A stretch of DNA of 64,000 bases, from positions 1 to 64,000 of the forward strand of contig JALGPX010000047.1 in NCBI GenBank assembly GCA_023515795.1, given 5' to 3'. Under the pieces are notes generated by a model. That model searched no databases, was not told the origin of the DNA, and saw only the letters and a program-made list of their open reading frames with translations. Positions 22,857 through 33,576 of the stretch are shown piece by piece. Within the stretch, counting starts at the first letter, position 1, and each line of letters starts with the position of its first letter. The position numbers and the translations under genes were made by a program. This DNA is from Amoeboaphelidium occidentale (taxonomy: Eukaryota).

Positions 22857-24269
22857 ATGTTATCAAAAGAAAACAAGGCAAGCTCAACTGTTCCTTTCAA
22901 TTTTAAATATTTCCAGACATCGAATGCTATCAGCGGCAGTAAAGCCAATGCGTCAGGCACTTCAGCCAAAGGATCTAATCTAATGATCAAAATACCAAAG
23001 CTACCTCAGACTTCGACTGCCACAAGCTCAAGAGCTGCAGCAGCTGGAACAACTACAAACGCAAAGCCTTTATACTCAGCTAAACCTCCGTCGAGTGCTA
23101 ATTCTGGAACTAAGTTGCCTCTGAATGAATTGTCAAAGTTGCAGATAAGTTCCAAAGCACCTGAAACAAAGCCTGCTGGTCAAATGTTACCTCCTTCTGG
23201 AATTTTGGAACGAAAGCCTGCAGCTCAACAAGCAAAGGATGTTGTCACCCAAAAGCAGTCACAGCCAAAAGTTCAAACAGGAACAGCGCAGAATCCGTTT
23301 AATGAAACAACCACAGGCAAAGTTTCAACCACTTCCAGCTCAAGCGGTAAGAGCGTGACGGGCAGTCAAACAGAACAGCAGAAAACACAGGAACAGAGGC
23401 AATGGTCCTTGAAAGATTTTGATGTTGGTAAACCTCTTGGTCGCGGTAAGTTTGGCCATGTGTACTTGGCAAAGGAGAAGAAGTCTGGTTATATTGTCGC
23501 TTTGAAAGTTCTGTACAAGCAAGAACTCCAGGAGAATAATGCCGAGAAGCAAGTCAGAAGAGAAGTTGAAATTCAGAGTCATTTGCGTCATCCGAATGTT
23601 CTGAGACTTTACGGATACTTTTACGATAACAAGAGAGTCTATCTGATACTAGAATATGCTGCTAAAGGCGAGCTTTATAACATACTTAAGAAAGTTGGCA
23701 GATTTGAAGAGAAGACTGCAAGTGGTTACATTAAACAAATGGCTGATGCTTTGATCTATTTGCACAAGAAACATGTTATTCACAGAGATATCAAGCCTGA
23801 GAATATCTTGCTGGGAATGGATGATGTTTTGAAAATTGCTGACTTTGGCTGGAGTGTTCATGCTCCGTCAAGTAGACGTCAAACTTTGTGTGGTACGCTA
23901 GATTATGTAAGTCTTTCTTTTTTCTATATTACTAATGACTTTTAGCTTCCTCCAGAAATGGTTGAAGGATCACCTCACGCTCATCATGTTGATCTATGGG
24001 TAATTTTTAAAGTGAAATAATATCTAACAATCTCTTTGTAGACACTTGGTGTTTTGACGTATGAATTTTTATGTGGTAAGCCTCCTTTTGAGGACGAGGG
24101 TACACAGGGTACTTACAGAAGGATAGCAAGAGTTGATTTACATTTTCCAACACATGTTTCACCAGAAGCTCAAGATTTAATAAGGAAATTGTTACAGCGC
24201 CAACCAGAAAGACGACTACCTCTTGAGCAAGTTTTGCAACACCCATGGATAAAGAAGTATAATCCTTGA
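22857..24269 (+). CDS. IPL1: Aurora kinase (introns 23907-23945 and 24000-24041)
   Basis: [62 protein letters not shown]. Confidence 0.95.
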
Positions 24270-24403
24270 AACGGGTTAAAATTGGTGTAATAAAGTAATA
24301 TCCCTTGCGTTTCGGATTAGCCCAATCAGAGTTCCTTCCCAATATTTGCGAGCTTTTTGATACTTGCGACACGAAATTTTCGTAAATTCTGTTCGATCAC
24401 AAA

Positions 24404-25342
24404 ATGACTTACAGCATAATCGAGGGAGGCAACTCTGGATTTTGGCATAGGACAAGCACTATTGACTGGTGCGAAGAGAATTACATTATTTCTCATTTCA
24501 TCGCTGAGTTCTGGAACTCCGTGTCTAATGCAAGTTTTGTCGCTTTGGCTCTGATGGGTGTTTGGCGGAGTCTCTTTTCTGGAAGGTCTGATACTCTCTT
24601 CTTTTGGTGTTACGCATCGGTTGCCGTGGTCGGTTTAGGGAGCTTTCTGTTTCACGCTACGTTGACTTATGAAATGCAGCTGATGGACGAATTACCAATG
24701 ATGTTTGGTGCTTGTTGTTTGGTGTTTTGCTCGCTTCCAGTTTGGGTCCAGCAGAAGTATGGAACACTTGTCGTGGCCCTGTTGAGTTTGTACTGTGCGG
24801 TCACTGTTGGTTTGTATCTTTCCTACAAAGAACCGTGGATACATCAATTGGCATTTGGGATTCTAATCACTCTTACAGTTTATGGAAGTATCTCGATCGC
24901 AAACAAATCTCCGCCGCTGGTTAGATCGCTCTTCATCAAGGCTGTTTCTTCTTACATTGTGGCATTTGTCTTATGGAACGTTGATAACGTGTTTTGCATG
25001 GAATTGAGACAATTGAGAGAAATAGTTTCTATGCAATTGAATTCAATTTTACACTTTCTGTTACCTGTTTGGGATAGCACCTCGTCACTGCTTGCAAGCT
25101 CTTTTGTTGGATCTGTGTTTCAATTGCACGCTTGGTGGCATTTGTTATCAGCTTGGGGTTGTTACACTTCGTTTGCGTGCTATGAATACGTTCACCTTAG
25201 AAGACAGGGACTTGATCCTCAAATGACAATGCTACTTGGAATTATTCCTGTGCCGCAAATACAATCACTGGAATTCAAGAATAATACAAACATGGAAGTA
25301 TTGGCTCAAACAGAAACAAGACCAAAAAGAAAAACGGCATAA
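24404..25342 (+). CDS. Alkaline ceramidase (CREST superfamily), copy 1
   Basis: TSTIDWCEENY, AEFWNS, GSFLFHATL, QLMDELPM, LHAWWH. Confidence 0.93.
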   Translation: MTYSIIEGGNSGFWHRTSTIDWCEENYIISHFIAEFWNSVSNASFVALALMGVWRSLFSGRSDTLFFWCYASVAVVGLGSFLFHATLTYEMQLMDELPMMFGACCLVFCSLPVWVQQKYGTLVVALLSLYCAVTVGLYLSYKEPWIHQLAFGILITLTVYGSISIANKSPPLVRSLFIKAVSSYIVAFVLWNVDNVFCMELRQLREIVSMQLNSILHFLLPVWDSTSSLLASSFVGSVFQLHAWWHLLSAWGCYTSFACYEYVHLRRQGLDPQMTMLLGIIPVPQIQSLEFKNNTNMEVLAQTETRPKRKTA

Positions 25343-25399
25343 GTCAAAATAAAGTTTTTTATCGCTTTTCAAGGACAAGTATCCCAAGTACCACCACCA

Positions 25400-26874
25400 T
25401 TAAAACCCTCTCATCATGGAGCCATCTGCACCTCCTTTAATTGCATCAGGCATCCTCAAATGGTAATCACCATTCTGGGTTATGTAACGAACCCATGGTA
25501 GAGCTTGGTAACCACTCTTTTCAATGATCTTTAAGTAACGGACTTGAATACCAGATGTAGTGAAGTATGGAATCTCAAACTTGACAGAAATAGGAGGCTT
25601 CTTGTCTGGATCCTCAGATTTAACAGAAGGCAGACCAAAGTGAGCGCGCATAACGAAATCCTTTCCACCTAAAAGATAAGAATGAAACACAAATCAGCAG
25701 TAACTTACCAGGAAATTGCTTAATTTTCCACACGATCGCATTCTTCTCTGGAGCATAAGACACAGTTCCTAAAGTTGCCCTGAACTTTGGAGAATCTGCA
25801 TCTTCTGGAACAGGAACAATGATTTCAACATTATTAGCAGTTGATCTCTTCTTGAACTGAGCTTTTGCTTTGACCATATACTCAACTCTTCCTGTGTAAT
25901 GCTCAACGATGGACTCACACCAAATCAAAGGCTTCACTTGAGTATTGAGACGATAACTCATCAACTCAAACTCACCATCTAATCAATCAATTAGTAAAAC
26001 ACCAAAGAGACACAAAGAGATACCTGGAGGAATAAAAGAAATAGTGCGATCATTCTCAAATCTGCTCAACCTGACGCACTGATGGAACTTTACGTCTTCC
26101 ATCTCGATTGCTTTTCCTCTTGCAGGCGCTCTTCCGTTATTCTCAAACAACACTTTATCATTCAGACCAAGTCTTAGCTCAGGCATACCACTCAAGAAAC
26201 ACCTCATTTTGACTGCGCCAACGATTTCGCTCTTGATGACGTTACCATTAGAGTTTGCCAACAGATTCACAGACTCAACCACATCCAAAAACACTTCATT
26301 CCTTCTATACTTGATGCCTTCACTTCTCCATGAGACGGCATTAGTAACAGCCATAGGAGGCCTAACTTGAGTCTCCAACTTATGTGACTCCTGTGTGATG
26401 TACTCCTGAAGAATCTTTGTCTCTGTGGTCTGAGGAAACCCAAAGTCCATCATCTCATCGAGCAACTCGTAAATTATGACAAAGTTATCTCTTATGGATT
26501 CTTCTTCCAATTCTTTAAAGTACTCGACGAATACTTCGACCAGCTTATGAAGGAATACAAAGATCGTCGCAGCATTGGAATTCTTTCTGGACAAAGCAAC
26601 GACTATTAAACAGAAACAATTAGCCTTTTCTTTAAGAGCAAGTTAAATTCTTACGGTAAAGATTATTGTGTTTTATGAAGAGATAACTGATTCCTTCTTC
26701 CGTTAGCACCGGTGGGGCATAACCGCTTGATCCATTCTGATTGTAACTTTCCTCAGATTCTATCAGCAAGGGCATAAACTTATCGATGGCAGTCGGGGGA
26801 ATATCGCCAATGTAGTTGCGGCTGATAAGGGGCTTCCCTTTGACGTCCAGAATGTAAATGGCAGACGCTACCAT
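25400..26874 (-). CDS. APM1: AP-1 adaptor complex mu subunit (4 exons)
   Basis: MVASAIYILDVKGK, SIRDNFVIIYELLDEMMDFG, VSWRSEGIKY, FHQCVRL, GYQALPWVRYITQNGDY. Confidence 0.95.
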
Positions 26875-27225
26875 CTCACAGCTGGGCGATGTTTGGAAGA
26901 AACGAAAATATGACTGCTGTTTTAGCGCTAGGGGTTTCGAAGGTTTCGCAGTTTAGTAGTTGAATGATATTAGAAGTTTTAGGATAATTTTGGTGGTATT
27001 ATTGATAAGGATGTTAGTAGGGGCATAGTATCACTGTGTTTAAGTCTTTTGGTATTGCTGGAAGAGCGACCGGCATCACGCTTTTGGTACTTAGCGTCTC
27101 TGATGCCCTTTAATGCTCACGTATTTCCTTAACATCATTTCAGTTGTTTGATAGCTCTTATGCTCACCTACAACTTCTGCTATAAACTTGGCTGATCATG
27201 TGATCTTTGATTTCGTGACAAGAAC

Positions 27226-28827
27226 ATGTTCAGCTCTTCACCGTCTCAAACGAAAAGACGAACTCCTGGACAGATAAGGAAATTGCGAGAAGTATCACCA
27301 GAGCACAAGGAATACATGGCACACTTTGATACTTTCCTTCAAACCAACTTTGATGCTCAATCGGTGCAACAATCAATTGTCACAGCCTTCCGTAGTGCTT
27401 CTATGGAGACACGACATGACTTTCTGAAGATGATCTTGTTGTCTTCAAAGAACTCTGATATGTCATTTGTGTACAACTTTGTATCAAAAGCGCCAAGTCT
27501 CAAGATTGACTTTCTGTCTGAACTTCCTGTTGAATTGAGTGTATTGATACTCGCTCACTTGGCTGATGTAGAACCGAGATCTTTGCTGAGAGTGGCTCTT
27601 GTCTCAAAGAAATGGAAGGCGTTGCTTGATAATAATGATGTATGGAGACAGGCTTGTGCTATAAAAGGATGGGTTCCCGTTAAATGGAACAAAGTCTTCT
27701 CTGAACCTCTCAACTCTGCGACAGGACAATTGGTGAAGAGACAGAAGGTATTCAGTAATTTACTCCGGTCCTTTCTATTTGCAGTTCCATCATTTCACAA
27801 GATCAAAGCGCCATGGAAGAGCGTATACATTGATCACATGCTGACTGAGAGAAACTGGAACTCTGGTAACTTTGTTTTGAGGCCAATAAGAAGATCTTCC
27901 CGTGATTTTGAAACTGATGAAGTTAATAATGCTTTCTGCTTATCATTTGATGATAACTTGGAGAGTGCTGTCTCAACCACCACTGATGGGACTTCTCTTG
28001 GAATAGTGTGGAAACTAAAGAATGGTGACGTGACTTCAAGATTAATTGGTCATCAAGGACCACTGTCCACTGTTTATGTAGGTAAACATGTTATCGTGTC
28101 TGGTGGAGTAGATGCAGTTTTGAAAGTCTGGGATACGGCGAAAGGAATATGTTTATTCACATTAGAAGGTCATGAAGGTGAGATCAATTGCATTCATTGC
28201 GATGAAGAGCATATTTACTCTGGAAGCCAAGACAAGAGTTTGCGAGTTTGGTCTTTGACAAGTGGTAAATGTTTGAAAGTAATTGATAATGCCCACGAAG
28301 AAGCTGTAACTTGTATTGATTCTAACAAGACGTGTATCGCTAGTGCTTCAGCTGATGGAATGATTGTGGTTCACTCAAAGCATGATTACAAATCTTTCAA
28401 AATTGCTGCGCATGAGGAAAGCGTTTATTGCATGACTATCGACGATACTTGCATTATTAGTGGTGGCGGAGATGCTGTCGCAAAGATATTTGACGTTGAA
28501 ACAGGAACATTGTTACGAACTTTGAAGGGTCACAAAGCTGCAGTTGTAAGCATTCAATCTGACAAGAAGCGCATAGTATCAGCAAGCACAGATCGTTCCA
28601 TTAAAGTTTGGAGTTATCAGTCTGGCGCGTTGTTGTACTCAATCGATCATCATAAGTCTCCAATATGGCGCATCAAATTCGATGACAGAAGATTAATATC
28701 ATCATCGCTGGACCAGGATGTAGTAATGTTTAATTTCTCAGGCCTAGGTACACTTAGTGAAGACCAAAAGCGGAAGTTTGGTGTTGAGGATGCGTCTCAT
28801 AATGACTTGATAGAAATTGACGAATAA
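27226..28827 (+). CDS. F-box/WD40 protein (Cdc4/Met30/beta-TrCP-like SCF receptor)
   Basis: DFLSELPVELSVLILAHL F-box followed by several GH...SGS.D..(L/I)(R/K)VW WD40 repeats. Confidence 0.9.
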   Translation: MFSSSPSQTKRRTPGQIRKLREVSPEHKEYMAHFDTFLQTNFDAQSVQQSIVTAFRSASMETRHDFLKMILLSSKNSDMSFVYNFVSKAPSLKIDFLSELPVELSVLILAHLADVEPRSLLRVALVSKKWKALLDNNDVWRQACAIKGWVPVKWNKVFSEPLNSATGQLVKRQKVFSNLLRSFLFAVPSFHKIKAPWKSVYIDHMLTERNWNSGNFVLRPIRRSSRDFETDEVNNAFCLSFDDNLESAVSTTTDGTSLGIVWKLKNGDVTSRLIGHQGPLSTVYVGKHVIVSGGVDAVLKVWDTAKGICLFTLEGHEGEINCIHCDEEHIYSGSQDKSLRVWSLTSGKCLKVIDNAHEEAVTCIDSNKTCIASASADGMIVVHSKHDYKSFKIAAHEESVYCMTIDDTCIISGGGDAVAKIFDVETGTLLRTLKGHKAAVVSIQSDKKRIVSASTDRSIKVWSYQSGALLYSIDHHKSPIWRIKFDDRRLISSSLDQDVVMFNFSGLGTLSEDQKRKFGVEDASHNDLIEIDE

Positions 28828-28995
28828 TCCTCGAACGTAGAGACATCAGCATAAAAGAGTCGAGTCGCGTACAAAATAGTAATTCCTTCTCATGAAACAA
28901 GGGGCTTGAGTAGATTCTCTATGCTGAGCCCCTTTTTTCCAATCTTGCTTTGATTCAACTTGAACTTTGCTCTCTTCGTTTCTGTTTGTTACACG

Positions 28996-29934
28996 ATGAC
29001 TTATTCAATTATCGAAGGAGGGAACGAAGGATTTTGGATACGGACGGCATCGATCGACTGGTGCGAGGAGAATTACCAACTGTCGGAATACATTGCTGAG
29101 TTCTGGAACTCTTTTTCGAATTTAGCATTTATCCTTTTGGCTTCAGCGGGGGCATGGCGAGCGTATAAGAACAGTTTGGACGTCGGATTCATTCTGGGCT
29201 ATTTGTCCATTATCTTCGTTGGGTTCGGCAGCTATGCGTTCCATGCGACGCTTATTTATGAGATGCAGCTTCTAGACGAGTTGCCAATGATCTTCTGTGC
29301 AGCCACACTTCTCTACTGCAGTTTACTTGAAAATGGTTCCTTTGTGAAGCGGTATGGTCGCTTTCTAATTCTGTCTGGTTTGATGTTTTACTCTGTTGCT
29401 TCTATCCTGTTTTACCTTTTGCTTAACAAGCCTTATATACACCAGATCGCGTTTGGGATTTTGACCGCTGCGTTCAGTTTACTTATGATACCGATTGTTA
29501 AGGAATCTCCAGCAAAAGTTAAGAATCTGGTCAGATTAGCTGTTGGGTCTTATGCGTTTGCGTTCTTTTTATGGAACATTGACAACCTACACTGCGATAA
29601 ACTCAGGTCTTTTCGTAATGATTTGAGTACGATTTTGGCAGATGCATTCCGAACGGTTTTGCCTGTATGGGATGACTATAGCGCTCTTTATGTTGGGAGT
29701 TTGGCGGGTTCGGTTTTTCAGTTGCACGCTTGGTGGCATATGCTAAGTGCATGGGCAGCCTACACTGGATTCTCTTGTTTAGAGTTTGTATATCTTCAAA
29801 GGCTTGGAAAGAATGTGCATATGCACATGTCATTCAAAATCATGCCTGTTCCGATAGTTCGAGAATATGATTTTGTTGAACTCAATAGTGTTCATGTATT
29901 GGCTCAACCAGAATTCCCAAAGAAACAAGCTTGA
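28996..29934 (+). CDS. Alkaline ceramidase, copy 2
   Basis: MTYSIIEGGN start shared with copy 1; DWCEENY, FHATL, DELPM, LHAWWH. Confidence 0.93.
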   Translation: MTYSIIEGGNEGFWIRTASIDWCEENYQLSEYIAEFWNSFSNLAFILLASAGAWRAYKNSLDVGFILGYLSIIFVGFGSYAFHATLIYEMQLLDELPMIFCAATLLYCSLLENGSFVKRYGRFLILSGLMFYSVASILFYLLLNKPYIHQIAFGILTAAFSLLMIPIVKESPAKVKNLVRLAVGSYAFAFFLWNIDNLHCDKLRSFRNDLSTILADAFRTVLPVWDDYSALYVGSLAGSVFQLHAWWHMLSAWAAYTGFSCLEFVYLQRLGKNVHMHMSFKIMPVPIVREYDFVELNSVHVLAQPEFPKKQA

Positions 29935-29994
29935 AATATATTCTTTACTAAACAAATTAATTCATATTAATGTCTATTTGAAGGATTAGCAGAT

Positions 29995-31964
29995 TTACAG
30001 ATCCCACTTAGATTCCCAAAAGTCACAGATTTCTTCATGGAGGCCTGAAGTGATTATGGATTCATTTCTGTAATTCTTGCCCAAAGTGAGAACATTTTGA
30101 GATTCGATTGAATACGGCTCGAGAGTAATTTTTGGTTCAAACTGCGACGAATAGTCTTGAGTTGTTTGTTCAAATTTCAAGTTTTCTTTGCGACTGTATT
30201 TACCACTAATGAAATCATTAACCATAGTTGAATAGATCTTTGCCATTGGACCATCATTGACCTTGTCAAGTTTCGGAAAGAAATTGAACAAGAACATCAA
30301 ATCTAATCCATGAGCTGCAGGGTATTCATCCATATATCCTTTTCCAAAAGGCCAAAGAGAGCTAGGACCGATGAACTGTTCGTAAACATACACAGTGGAT
30401 CCGATTTTGTTTAGTCTCTTAATAAGCTAAAGAAGTTAGATCAATGATGAATAAAACATACTTTTCTGTTCGAACACACAAAAATATAGTCAGTAAATAA
30501 ATTGAGAAGTATCTCTTTGTTATCCTTTACGGTCTTCTTTGGAGGATACTTCTCCAGTACACTATTAGAGTCGTCTCCGAACAGTGAACGAACAGAGTTG
30601 ACATAGAGTCTTTCAGCAGCATTAAGAGATTTTCCATGAAATTGATTTCGCCTCAATACCAAATCTAAAAGAGCTGCTCCCCAGTCATACATCGTATCCC
30701 AAATACTACGCTCACCATGTAGCCAAACCAAAGAACCTCCTTGTACAAATTCAAAGAATGCAAAAAACAATCCAGCTTCATGTTCCGATACCCCAATAAA
30801 TACTTCAACATCCTTCAATCTTGTGATATCAAGATCAGAAGGAGAAGCTATTTGAGAGTTTTCATCTGTTGTAGGAACCCATTTGAAAGGTGCTCTCAAA
30901 GGATCTTTCTGGTTAATACCAAGACCATCTAGATCACTCAACATCAATTTAACAGGATGAACTTTTTGCAAACATTCCAGATCATCGTATGAACAACCGG
31001 CTTTTGTAGCAAAAGCAGCAGATTTTGCTCTGGCATCCTTCAAAGACATTGTTTTAAGAGACATTGGAGAGGACATGAGAAACACTCTCTTGACAGGGGG
31101 CCTCTTATGTTTTGCAGCAAGAAGAAGAGCATTGTAAGCTCCTGATGACATTCCGGCAATGTTAATGTTCTCTTTATCACCACCAAATTGCTCAATATTC
31201 TCGTAAATGAATTCCAAAGCAGCGATGGAATCATCAATTCCAGCATTCCCTTTATCGTTATGACCCGTGTAATACCCCAAAGCACCAATACGGAAGTTTG
31301 CAGTAACAAGAATGAATGCATTATCTTGTAACAAGTGATTTCCTGCGTAAAGGTTCTTATCTTCAACTGTTCCTACACCACCATTTCCAAAAACCCATGC
31401 GCCACCAAAGTACCAAAATAATACAGGAAGTTTCTTATCTTTGTTGACTTTTGCTGCAGGTGGAATGTAAACATTCATGTACAAACAATCTTCATTCAGA
31501 TTCTTTAACGGAAATGCAATGAACTGCAAACACTGCGGCCCAAACTTATCAGCGCGTAGAATCTCTTTACCAAAAGCGTCCTGCCATGTTTCGTTCCATC
31601 GTGTGGCGTATTGAAATCTTCTGGAACCAACAGGAGGCTTAGCAAAAGGAATACCAAGAAAAGCGCGAACCCAATTCTGCTGCTGCTCCTCGTAAGGATA
31701 ATCCTGAGCCTTCATTCCCAATTCCGGTGGCGCATATGTTCCCTGTATTGGTCCAAATTTCGTATTCACGATTAGGTTTTCGTCATCACTAATTAGACTT
31801 TCTTCAGTTACGTAATGCCTTTTCCATGGTTCCGTGCTAATACTCTTCAACGCATCAGTCCATTGAGCGCCAGAGCGATAAGAGCAGTGGGCTACTCCAA
31901 CTGAAAATAAAAGCAAAGCAACGCCAATTAAGTCGATTCTTTTAAAGTTTCTGTTACGTAACAT
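29995..31964 (-). CDS. Secreted type-B carboxylesterase, paralogue of 17686-19705 (intron near 30428-30462)
   Basis: FLGIPFAKPPVG, EDCLYMN, GMSSG, EHEA, AAHGLDL; shares GGSLxW and EEICxFW with copy 1; an upstream ATG at 32030 is possible. Confidence 0.9.
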
Positions 31965-32049
31965 TGCGTGAAAACTTTGAAAGTCTCCACACATGGCGAT
32001 CGTCGCGATAAAGTCAGGGCTGGATTCCATATGTTTCCCTAGTAGCGCG

Positions 32050-32173
32050 ATGCCTTAAAATTGTTTGATATCTAACTGGCTAGCTTCGTAATGTGCTCAT
32101 CGTTGTTAGTTTTACTCTGTTAGAGGTCAAACTGAAAGATCGAACTACATGCACAATTGAGACATAGTTGATA
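32050..32173 (+). repeat. Left copy of an imperfect ~125-bp direct repeat
   Basis: Aligns to 33336-33460 (ATGCCTT, GCTTCGTAA, TAGAGG, AGATCGAA and TGAGACATAGTT shared in order). Confidence 0.75.
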
Positions 32174-32227
32174 TTTCATCCTCGCACACAGCATCTTTGT
32201 GTACTGTAATTCTGTACTTATATCACC

Positions 32228-33268
32228 GTGTTTGCAAGCACATATTCCAGCTCAGCAGTTCCATGTTTGTTTCAGCAAATCATCGACCGTTTCAAGCAGA
32301 CAACGACGTTACACGAGCCGCCAGAGCCATTGTTCGATGATCTGGCGCCTTCTTCTCAGCCACGAATGTCCCAACTTAGTGCAGACGACGAAATTGTCAC
32401 GGAAGAACGCTTGAAACAAGCATTAATGCGTTGTTTCAAGTGTGAAGAATATGTTGCCGAGAAGTACGCGAAAGCATTGATCGATAGCAGTGTTCCGGAA
32501 GGTCAGGATTTAATTGACTGGTGTCTTCAATTGGCATATGATCTTGGTATTGGTGATTTGGGCGTCGATGGTTTGGCAGCATACATTCCGCCAAAAGTAT
32601 CATATTCGCCTGCAGAGCATGTAGTGTCTGATTTGGTTCGTGGATACTGTCCCGATGAAGTAAATGATAAGAGAATTGTCGGCTGGAAAATCAACCCTGG
32701 CCATTCCTCTATCAACTGCATATACATGAAAACGTCGTGGCCGTCTTGGAACAATCGCCGTTTGTTGTTTCGCGGTGTGCCAGGAGTAATGATGGCAGAG
32801 ACACACCTTATGGGCCTTTTCACGCCGAGCTTTCAGAGTCCGTCAAATGATGGACCAGAAGAACCAAATTTAAACGAATTCGGCGCAGGGGTCTATTTGA
32901 CCTACGATCTGGAATACGCAGTCAAGTGCACGGCGAAAGCCCATGGCTCAGCGGTGCTGATTTTCGACTGGAGTGGAGCTGATAATTGGAGTCATCTAGT
33001 GTTCAATGATACGGATGAATGGAAGAAATTCGTAAAAAAGCACGTTTGCGCGAATAATCCAGAAAAAAGAATGTTGTATGGTTCGCGCCCTCTCTATCTC
33101 GATGAATCGTATGTGTACATTGAGGGAAAAATAACAAGCAACTACAAGGCGATCAAGAAATGCCACGATCCTGTTCCAAGTGAATACATGCAAGTCGCTG
33201 TCCTTCAGAACACCTCAAGGATTCTTAATGAGCGTCTGGTTGGAATCCTTTACTTTTCAACCGGATAA
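32228..33268 (+). CDS. DUF3990-like / ADP-ribosyltransferase-fold protein (start uncertain; first in-frame ATG at 32366)
   Basis: LLFRG...EFGAGVYLTYDLEYA...LVFNDTDEWKKFV...YIEGKI follows the (H/R)G...FGxGxYxT...WxxFV...IxG pattern. Confidence 0.6.
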   Translation: MFASTYSSSAVPCLFQQIIDRFKQTTTLHEPPEPLFDDLAPSSQPRMSQLSADDEIVTEERLKQALMRCFKCEEYVAEKYAKALIDSSVPEGQDLIDWCLQLAYDLGIGDLGVDGLAAYIPPKVSYSPAEHVVSDLVRGYCPDEVNDKRIVGWKINPGHSSINCIYMKTSWPSWNNRRLLFRGVPGVMMAETHLMGLFTPSFQSPSNDGPEEPNLNEFGAGVYLTYDLEYAVKCTAKAHGSAVLIFDWSGADNWSHLVFNDTDEWKKFVKKHVCANNPEKRMLYGSRPLYLDESYVYIEGKITSNYKAIKKCHDPVPSEYMQVAVLQNTSRILNERLVGILYFSTG

Positions 33269-33335
33269 TTAAATTGCATTATTTGAATTTTTAGCTTTTG
33301 CACATTGAAGTCCGAGTTCTTTCGCGCTCTGAACA

Positions 33336-33460
33336 ATGCCTTTTAAAGCGTCAGAGGTTAAACCGGCTTGCTTCGTAACGCGCTTGAATCGCTCAATTTT
33401 ACATTGCTAGAGGCCTAACAGAGAGATCGAAAGACATGGATAGATGAGACATAGTTAATA
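33336..33460 (+). repeat. Right copy of the imperfect ~125-bp direct repeat
   Basis: See 32050-32173. Confidence 0.75.
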
Positions 33461-33576
33461 CCCTTCAAAACCGCCGTACGATATAATTTACATGACCTCT
33501 TACCACAATTTCAAAATGTCACGGTGTCAGGGGCTCAAATGAACGCAATCAGTGCACACTCCTTTTTGACAATTTT

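Noticed and set aside
28899..28975. TPP riboswitch or SECIS
   Set aside because: GCTGAG is present but the CUGAU...AAU...GCG.AGG core is absent; no SECIS AA loop and no in-frame UGA gene
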